Assembly: GCA_964534045.1 (NCBI GenBank)
Contig: CAZHNO010000001.1
Span: forward strand, 129,786-193,785
DNA: 64,000 bases
Direction of reading: 5' to 3'
From: an uncultured archaeon
GTDB taxonomy: Archaea; Iainarchaeota; Iainarchaeia; Iainarchaeales; JAAZKV01
This document shows positions 28,087-37,300 of this stretch, in pieces. A model generated the notes under the pieces. The model saw only the letters and a list, made by a program, of their open reading frames with translations, did no database searches and was not told where the DNA came from. Position 1 is the stretch's first letter. Each line of letters starts with the position of its first letter. Position numbers and translations under genes: made by a program.

Positions 28087-29873
28087 TTTTTATGAAACGA
28101 GAAATTGGAATTATTTTGATTTTACTTTTTACAATTGGTTTTGTTTTTGCTTTTAGTGGAAGTGGTTCTGGAAGTTCAGAAGACCCATATCAAATTACTA
28201 CGTGCACTCAATTACAAGAAATGGATAATAATTTAACAGCAGATTACAAATTAATGCAAGATATTGATTGTTCAAGCATTGAAAATTTTGAATCAATTGG
28301 TGATTGGTGGAGTAGTCAAGTTTTTACTGGAAACCTAAATGGAAATTCAAAAACAATTTCTAATTTAACAATTAATAGTAGTTCAAGATATATTGGTATT
28401 TTTTCTGACTTAAGAGGAGATGTTAATCACTTAGTTTTGTTAAATCCAACCATTACAAGCACAAGTGATGGAACTGCTGCTTTAGCGGGTAGAACTGATG
28501 GAGCATACATCTATGATGTTAATGTACTCAATGCCACAATAAATGGAGGCTATTATGTGGGTGCGCTAGTTGGATACAATTACAATTATTCAACTATTAC
28601 AAACTGCCACTCAAGCGGAACAATAACTGGAACTGGAATTTATGCTGGTGGGATAACTGGATCAAATCATGTTTCAACAATTACAAATTGTGATTCTAAT
28701 GCCACTGTAAATGGAACTGAAGAAGTTGGTGGAATAACTGGTTACAATTGGGGCGGAACAGTAATATATTCTAATTTTTCTGGACAAGTTAATAGCACCA
28801 TAATCAACGCTGGTGGAATATCTGGTGGAACTAGTGGCGGAACAATTAGTCAATGTTATTCAACCGGAGATATCAATGGGGTGAGTAGAGTTGGTGGGAT
28901 AGCTGGAAGACTAGTTGGAACAATAACTAATTCTTATTTCACTGGAACAGTTAGCGGAACAAGTGAAGTTGGGGGGCTTACTTCTGCATTCAGAAGTGAT
29001 TCAACAATAACAAACTCTTATTCAAATGGGCTTGTTACTTTTACCAGTTCAGGAGGGGGATTAATTGGTTCTTGTGATGGTGGTTGTGGAAGCATAACAA
29101 ATTCTTATTGGGATACTCAAACCTCTGGACAAGAAACAAGTGCGGCAGGGACTGCAAAAACAACTTCACAACTTTCTCAACAATCAACTTACTCAAGCTG
29201 GGATTTTTCAGCAATATGGACAATTAGTGAAGGGTCAACTTATGCTTACTTTGATTGGCAAACAGAAAATATCCCAACAGTGAGTGAAACAACTTATTAT
29301 TCAACAGGAACATTTACTTCAAAAACAATTTCACTTGGAAGTGCAAAAGATTTTAATTTATTAAATTTTTCTATTACTGAACCTAGCGGAACAAATGTTC
29401 AATTTCAATTAAGAAGTGCAACAAGTGAAGTTGGTTTGGATTCTGCAACATGGTATGGCCCAACAAGCACAAGTGATTATTATACTACAACAGGAACAAC
29501 AATTAATTCTGTGCATGATGGAAATTCTTGGGTGCAATGGAAGGGTTATTTGAGTGGAAATGGTTCAGCAACACCAACCATAACTGATGTAAATATTTTG
29601 ACAACAAATCATATTGATTCTAATGCAATTTTTGTTGGAGGAAGTGGAACAAGCAGAACATGGAGCACTTACAGCATTTCACAAACATTAAATTCTGGAA
29701 GTATTAGTTGGTTTTACTGCACTAGCTGGCCTTGTTCAAGTTGGACTTCTTTAGAAAGCACAAGTGGAAGTTTGAGTGGAACAAGTGCATATATTTATTT
29801 TAGAGGATTAATGTCAGCCTCAAGCACTAACAATTCACCAAGCATTACACAAATAACAATTAATTATGAGTAA
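28083..29873 (+). CDS. Secreted GLUG-repeat surface protein
   Basis: Signal peptide VFA/F, GSGSSEDPYQI, repeated VGGITG/VGALVG/AGGISG motifs, NSYWDTQTSGQ; Ser/Thr-rich beta domain at the C-terminus. Confidence 0.85.
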   Translation: MIFMKREIGIILILLFTIGFVFAFSGSGSGSSEDPYQITTCTQLQEMDNNLTADYKLMQDIDCSSIENFESIGDWWSSQVFTGNLNGNSKTISNLTINSSSRYIGIFSDLRGDVNHLVLLNPTITSTSDGTAALAGRTDGAYIYDVNVLNATINGGYYVGALVGYNYNYSTITNCHSSGTITGTGIYAGGITGSNHVSTITNCDSNATVNGTEEVGGITGYNWGGTVIYSNFSGQVNSTIINAGGISGGTSGGTISQCYSTGDINGVSRVGGIAGRLVGTITNSYFTGTVSGTSEVGGLTSAFRSDSTITNSYSNGLVTFTSSGGGLIGSCDGGCGSITNSYWDTQTSGQETSAAGTAKTTSQLSQQSTYSSWDFSAIWTISEGSTYAYFDWQTENIPTVSETTYYSTGTFTSKTISLGSAKDFNLLNFSITEPSGTNVQFQLRSATSEVGLDSATWYGPTSTSDYYTTTGTTINSVHDGNSWVQWKGYLSGNGSATPTITDVNILTTNHIDSNAIFVGGSGTSRTWSTYSISQTLNSGSISWFYCTSWPCSSWTSLESTSGSLSGTSAYIYFRGLMSASSTNNSPSITQITINYE

Positions 29874-29963
29874 AAAAATAATTTGTATTTAGAAAACACT
29901 TTGTGCCAATTGACTTGATTATAAAAAAGCTAATTTATTAAACTCAAAAGCATTATTTTTCTT

Positions 29964-30569
29964 ATGCAAAAAAAGAATTCATTTTTTGAAAATATAAATA
30001 ATTACACAAAACCTTTACAAAAATATATTAAAACACAAGAAGAAAAAATTAAAAAAAATCCAAAAAAACAATTGAGTTTTTTTATTCTCGGGTTTATATT
30101 ATTTTATTTAATTTTTACAACTATATTAATTCCATTTCAAATGCCAATAAAAAATTTTACTGGAGAAGTGGTTGTTGGTTTTTTGAGTGTTCAAGGTTTG
30201 GAAATTGAAAAAAATGGTTTTGTTTTGGATGAATTTGGGGAAGAAAATTATACTTTCACTCTAAAAGAAAAAAGTCAAGTTTTTTTTATTTCATGGTTAT
30301 GCACAGGAATATTAGAAATAATAATTTTGTTAGGAGCAATTTTTGCTAGCTTTGGAGTTAATTGGAGAAAGAAATTATTAGGAATGAGTGGAGCAATAGT
30401 TGCTGGAATAATTTTTAACTTTATTAGAATTTGGTTAACAATAAACATTTTTATTTTAACAAATGCTGAAACAACAAATATTGCGCATGATTTGTTATTC
30501 AGATTGGTGCTTTTTATATACATTTCAGCATATTATATTATTTGGTTTAATTACACTCAAAGGAAATGA
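29964..30569 (+). CDS. Archaeosortase/exosortase family protein
   Basis: Membrane protein with the Cys (ISWLCTG), Arg (FNFIRI) and His (AHDLL) triad in the family order. Confidence 0.82.
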   Translation: MQKKNSFFENINNYTKPLQKYIKTQEEKIKKNPKKQLSFFILGFILFYLIFTTILIPFQMPIKNFTGEVVVGFLSVQGLEIEKNGFVLDEFGEENYTFTLKEKSQVFFISWLCTGILEIIILLGAIFASFGVNWRKKLLGMSGAIVAGIIFNFIRIWLTINIFILTNAETTNIAHDLLFRLVLFIYISAYYIIWFNYTQRK

Positions 30570-30574
30570 TTTGA

Positions 30575-31261
30575 ATGAGTAGGCATCATAGGTTTAGGGA
30601 TTTTTTACATGGTTTTCATAGACATGAAAAAGTAAGCCCTGAAACCGAAGCAATAATGAAAAAAATGAGGGAAGTACAAGAAAGAAAAGACCCAAGAGAT
30701 ACTGTTGCCGGAAGAATCAAGGAAAGGTTTAGCAGACCAACAAAAGAACATGTTGAAGCTGTACTGGAAACGGCAAGAATATTAGCAAATCATCCTTCTC
30801 AATATAACATTAGGACTATTGATGGTGCTGGTTCGGCAGTAAGCACTTTGAATGAATTAAAACATTTATTAAGGCAAAATCTTCCAGATGGAGTAAGAGC
30901 AAGGATTAATTTTCAAATAGAAAACTTAGAAAACACCATTAAAGAAGTTAATATGCGAGAATATGCAGGAAAAACTAAACATGGAATTTCTGAAAAAGAA
31001 TTAGCGCACTTAGACGGAAACTTACACCGAGAAAAAAACATTGTCAGGGATGTTTGGCGTTCTATTTCTGACCCAAAACACCCAAGAAGAAGAACAATAA
31101 ATGAGGTTATCAAAGAAGCAAGAGAAAGAAAAGCTGAATTAGGAAAAGAACTTGAAAAGGCAAGAGACAATAAAGAACACCAATTAGTAATTGACAATCT
31201 AATATCAAGAATGGATGAGTGGACAATACTAGAAGAAAAAGTAAAGCATGGAGAAAGATAA
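30575..31261 (+). CDS. Hypothetical charged helical protein
   Basis: 228-aa ORF, His/Arg-rich N-terminus, no TM, 5 bp after the sortase. Confidence 0.65.
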   Translation: MSRHHRFRDFLHGFHRHEKVSPETEAIMKKMREVQERKDPRDTVAGRIKERFSRPTKEHVEAVLETARILANHPSQYNIRTIDGAGSAVSTLNELKHLLRQNLPDGVRARINFQIENLENTIKEVNMREYAGKTKHGISEKELAHLDGNLHREKNIVRDVWRSISDPKHPRRRTINEVIKEARERKAELGKELEKARDNKEHQLVIDNLISRMDEWTILEEKVKHGER

Positions 31262-31323
31262 AATTTAGTTATTTTATTATTAAACAGCAATATTTTTAAC
31301 CAAGTTCAATTAATAATTCTATA

Positions 31324-34300
31324 ATGGTTGATGTTGGAAAATTCTTTGACAAAAAAGTACTCGTGCTAATTGTGATTATTTTACTTATTTTAATTGGTTT
31401 TGTTATTTTTGGAACACAACAAAAAGAAATAAACCAAGAATTTGAATTTTATGATTCTATTGTTTCAAAAAATGTTTTAATAGGAAGTGAAAGAATTGAA
31501 ACTTACACAATAAATCTACAAAATCCAGTTTTTGGTTACCTAATAATCCCAAAAACCATTGTAGAAGATGCAAGTAAATTGGCAATAAGCGGAGATTTTG
31601 ACGCTGAAATAATTGAAAATTATCCAATATTGAAAATTGAATCAAACGATTATTCACCAGGAACAAAAAACTTAATTATTAAAAGTACAATTGGGAATGC
31701 AGAGCACACAAGCATTCTATTCTTGATTCCGCTTGTAGAATATAATTCATTCAGCGAAACAGAACTTGCTGATTTGGAAGAAACAATAACCCAATTTTCA
31801 CAACTTGATGAAAATTATTTTACCTTTGAAGAAACAGAAAAAATAATGAAAGAATTTGAAGAAGGAACAAAAGAAAATTCAGAATCTGCTGACTTTAAAA
31901 AAAAAAACGAGAACACAAAAATTTCTTTAGCTGAAGTAAATTATATTTCACCTTTTAACTCATTAGTAAACACTTTAAACAGCACTTATAACGTAAGAGA
32001 GAAATCCAACACCAAACTAGTAAAAAAACCTGAAATTGAAAAACCAGTAACTCTCCAAAATAATCCAACAGAAATTTTAAACAAAATCTTACAACCAAGA
32101 ATCCAAGCAAATAATATTGGTGGAGAATTTTCAATAACAATAAACTTTAAACCAGAAAAAAAAAGTTATGCTCTTCCAGAAAAAATTTTAATGACATACA
32201 ATGAAAAAATTCCAAAAATAACATGGAATGCAATAGTAATTATAAATGAAGAAACAAATATTTCAGATGGAACAGAACTTGTTTTTACAGGACCTGAAAA
32301 TTTTGATTTCAGCTACTTGCGTCTGACAAAGCAAAACTACTCAACACTTGGCGCAACCGATGAAGAAATAATTGCACAAATAAATGAAAATGATGAAAGT
32401 AAACCGATTTACCTTGTTTCAATTGGAATTGACACTGGCAATTATGATGAAACTGAAATTATAGAAAAAATAACAATTAAGCATGATGGAATTTTAATTC
32501 CAAAAATATATTCTTCAGAAATTAGGTTAATTAAAAATAATTGTGCAGAAAGAACAAATTACTATTGGTTTGGAAATGAAACTAACTTTAATTATGAAAT
32601 TCAAAAAGAATATTCAAACGCAACAATATGTTTGAAAGAATTCACAGAATTTTCACTCACAGAAAAAATACTTTCGTATGATATTAATTTTGGAAACAAG
32701 GAAGAAATTGATTCATCTCTTTTAATTGGAGCAATTAATACTGATCCGTCTTCTTCAAAAAAAATTGAAGAAGAAATTCAAAAAATTAATGAAAAAAGCC
32801 TTTCTGATTTTTACAATGCTGAAGAACACCACAAAAAGTGGATGGGAGAATATAATTCGATTGCACATGAGGCTATTGAGGAACTTAACTTTCTTGATTC
32901 AAAAACTACTGATAATACGACAAAAGAAATAATACAAAAGAATATTCTTTGGTTTGAATATCTTATTATTGAACAAAAATTGAAGAACGATCCAACAGAT
33001 AGAAATACACTTGAAGAATCAGTAGAAAAATATTTAGACTATTTTTTTTATCCAATTCCAACTTATCTTATGACAGAAGAAGCAATTAGTGAAAAAAGAA
33101 AAGAAATTCTAGAAATTCAAGAAACTAAATATGGAACTTACTCAAAATGGCTCCTTACCGAAATAGCATCAAAATATTATTTGATTGAAGAATTATTAAT
33201 TGAAAAAGAAAAAGCATTCGCATTATTACTCTTAGAAAAATCAAAAGGCAGTGGTTGTCCAACAGCATTGAGTGTAGAACAATACATATTCAATACAGCC
33301 TCTCCACAATACCCTTTACAAATGAATAAAGACTTCAGAGACATAGTGAAGTTTCTTTCAATAAATGAAGCCAAATATATTAGTACTGGTTCAACAAGTG
33401 TTATTGGTGGGCAAAGACAATTAACAGAAATAGAGGCAACTTTGAAAAGATTTCAAGATTCTACTTATTGCACTTTAAACCTTGAAGAATTTGAAAACCC
33501 ACCACCTAGCTTTTTTGGCTCAACAGAAAATGCACAATTATTTAACTTCAAAAGAATTTCCCTTAGAAATTTAATCAAAAATAGTGTTAAAGAAAAAGTT
33601 GGTTTAAGACTATCTGCATATTTATTATACAATTATTCAGAAATTCTAGAAAAAGCAACAAGTGAAACGCTTAGAAGTTTGGAAAGACAGGAAACTAATT
33701 TTAACACAGAATATGAAAAAATACAAATGCCAAAAAAAGGAGGATTAACTTTACTTGAATTATATAATATAAAAGATATCAATACGATTTCAGCTCTTCT
33801 TGGAACAAACTTACAAGATATAAAAAATGACCTTGCAATTGAAAGCATACAATCAGCATTCAACAATCAACTCAAACCAATAATTTCTGTTGTGAAAAAT
33901 CAAAAGTTTTTGGGTTTCGTAAAAAATATTGGAGTGGCTGAAAAACTAGAAGGGCACTTAGCAATAGTTGACAATACAATTAATTCTGAACTGCAAATAA
34001 CTGCAAAAAAAATTATTGAAAAAGAGGATTCGGAAAAATTCAATTATATACTTTACAATCTCACAACCGGAAAATTACTTGAGAATTATGGTGAAGAAAT
34101 AAACACAAAAATGAAACTCATTGAAGGATTAAAACAATTAAAAACAAGTTTGCTAGAAGGCAAAGATTTTGTTGACATACTGAACGAAAAAACACAAGAA
34201 TTTGAAAATAAAGAATTAAATATACTTGCTCCCGAGGAAACAATAACTGAAATAATAAATCCTCAAGATCCAAGAGCTACAACCCTAATCATAAAAAAAA

Positions 34301-37300
34301 CTAACCCTAAATATTCTGCCTGGGCGGAAAAAGTAAATTCATTAGGTGAAGAAAATTATTCTGTTTTAGCTTTAAATCAACCAGTAATAAAAGCAGAAAT
34401 AGAAAAACAACAAATTATTGAAAGTAATCAGACAAAAAAAAGTGAAGAAATTAAATTAGCTAAAACGGAAAAAGAAAAACTGAAAATTCTTTTGCCTGAA
34501 GAAGATCAGGCAAAAATAATGCTGAAAATAGCTGATTATTATTATGATTCTGGATTATATTGGGAAGCATATCAGAATTATGCTTACATAAAAGAACAAT
34601 TACCAAACTCAACAACAGCAACTTATGCAAGCACAAAAATGTTTTCTATGGAAAAAGGCACTGGAATGTTTTTTGGAAAAATGTATTGGGAAACATATGG
34701 AAAAATAGCTAAAGAATTTACAACAGTTTCAATGATTGCTTCATACTTAGCAATTTATGGAACACTAAAATTCCTTGCTACTCCAGAGATAGCTTCGGCA
34801 AGAAATATTAAAAATATTGACAAAGCACATAATACAAAACTAACCCAAACACTCGCTAACGCAGATGATTATATTATTACAGGCTCCGGAGAATGGATAA
34901 CTATTACATCACAAACACAACAAATAGGAAACGCTAAAGCAATACAAAATGCAATAAAAGGATTTGAGATAGTAAACGGACAACTTGTACAATTGAATCT
35001 AAAAACATCAAGAGTATATTCAATGCTTGAAAATTTTAAGGCATTAAGAACACAAAGATTTTTTAACAAAATATTTGAAAGCAACACTTGGAAAGTGCTT
35101 ACAAAAGATAGACTTGTAAATGAACAATGGTATCAAAATTTTATTGAAAAAAAAGTTGCTTATGATACAAAAGAATTTTTGAGAACAAAATATGGAATGG
35201 ACTCAGTGCTCTTTGCAGAAAATCCTTCTGATGAATTGATTAAGGCATGGGTAAGGTCTTATAATTCAGATCCCGTTCAAGCGCTTGATAAAGATAATTT
35301 CAAAATATTTTTGAATAGAACTAGCCAAGCACTAACTGAAAAAGTAACAGAACTTAGAAATTATCGCGCTCTTACTTCTACAGAAACAAAAGATTTATTA
35401 GCAACAATAGAAATGTTAAAACAAACAACTGTTTATGTTGATGATGTTGTTGCACAAAGCACAGCCATTGTCCCAGCAAATTATTATATGAAAGGAGCAC
35501 TTGCCAAAATGCAAGCAAGACAAGCATTTTCTTTAAGTGAAGTAACAAGGGCAAAAGCTTTGCTCACTGATGGCAGTTCAACAGCCCTTGTAAAAGATTT
35601 TTTGGGTTCTCCTATTGATGACATAATAAGTTTTTCAAGAACTGATGTGGCTTACTCATCAGCATTAATGCTTACTCAAAAAGAAACAAAATTAGCAACA
35701 ATAAACACAAGGATTAGTGAACTTGAAACTTACTTAGCTAAATATGGAAAAACAAGTTCATTACTTTCAAATCCATGGCAGGCTGAATTAATGGAATTAA
35801 AAAATCAAAGTGCATTATTAACTGCAAGTGATTATGCGGATGATGTTGTAAGTATTGCATGCAGTGCTCCTTGTGGATTTAAAATAAAAAGTGTTGAAGG
35901 AAGTACTGAAATAAATTTTGGTGATGTTGAAGCAAAAACAGAAGCAATTTCTTGGGATCCTAACAAAACACTTGTAATTGAAGACGCAACAGTTGATGGG
36001 GCAAAAGCAACTATAAAAGTTGAACAAATAATTGATATAGCTCTACCAAAAGCAATAATTACAACAAGTCAAACTACTAATGGAGAAGTTCTGTTGAAAA
36101 TAATGTCTCCAAAAATAATGTCTGTTCAAACACTTGAAGGAGGAATATTAACTGGAATTGGAGCGGATTTAACTCCAAATTCACCTTGGACAACAATAAA
36201 ATTTAATTTAGATGGAAAAGGAGGGCGGATTTTTTTTGTGAATGAAGAATCCACTACACTAGGTGCACATCAAAAAGGTCAAGAAGCCATTAATGTAAAT
36301 ATTGATAGTCATTTAACTGACAAAATGACTCAAGAAATTGGTTTGAAAAATGCATTGAAAGTTACTACTGCACATGAAACAACACACTTTGGATTTTATT
36401 CACTTGCACCAAATGAAAGACAAGTTGCATTTGATGCTATTGAAACAACTATTGGTAGTGATGATAAACTTTATGCATTATATTATAAATTTTTGGCTTG
36501 GGAACATGGAAATCCAGATTATTTTTTGAGAAGCGGCACTATTGAAGAAATTTATGCAAAATATAAAAAAAATTTATCTGTGAATGGAATTGCAAATAAT
36601 CTTTCCCCAGCAGAAGAAACACAAATACTAGATGAATATATTAATGCAATAAAAAACAATTCAGGAAAAAGTTATGGAATAAAATTAGATGACCCAAATA
36701 AACAAATGCTTATTGATGGAGCAAAAGAAAGGGTTGGTGAATTAAGAATTTCTAAAGTAAGTGTTCAAACTCCAAGTGGAAAACAAGAATATTATATTAA
36801 TAGTGATACTTTGTTTGACGAATTAACCTCAGTTATGGCTGAACAAAAGTTTTATCCTGAAAGGGTTGTTGATAGTGCAACTCTTCAAAAACTCAAAGGT
36901 GCTTTGCCACAAAAAGCATCTGGAATAATCTCTGAAGCACAAAGTATTGCTGATGAAGCTGTAAACACTGCTTATTCTTCAGGAAAGCATCCTGCACTAC
37001 AAGCATCAACTCAAGAAATAACTACACCAATTCTTACACAAGGACAATGCATTTCTGGATGTTTGTATCCAACAAGATCAGCATCAATAATAAACGACCC
37101 AACACTTGCTACAGAAGGAAAGCTTGTGGAACCAACCCAATCTTTAAAAGTATCAAAAGGTTCAATTTTTAGTTCAGAAAAAGATTTACCTAAACTAAAA
37201 GAGGATTACGCACGATTAATTCATTTTACAAGCAATCAAAGAGGGGTTGAACTTGCATTAAAACAAGGTTTTATTTATGAACAACAAGGTGCAATTTCTT

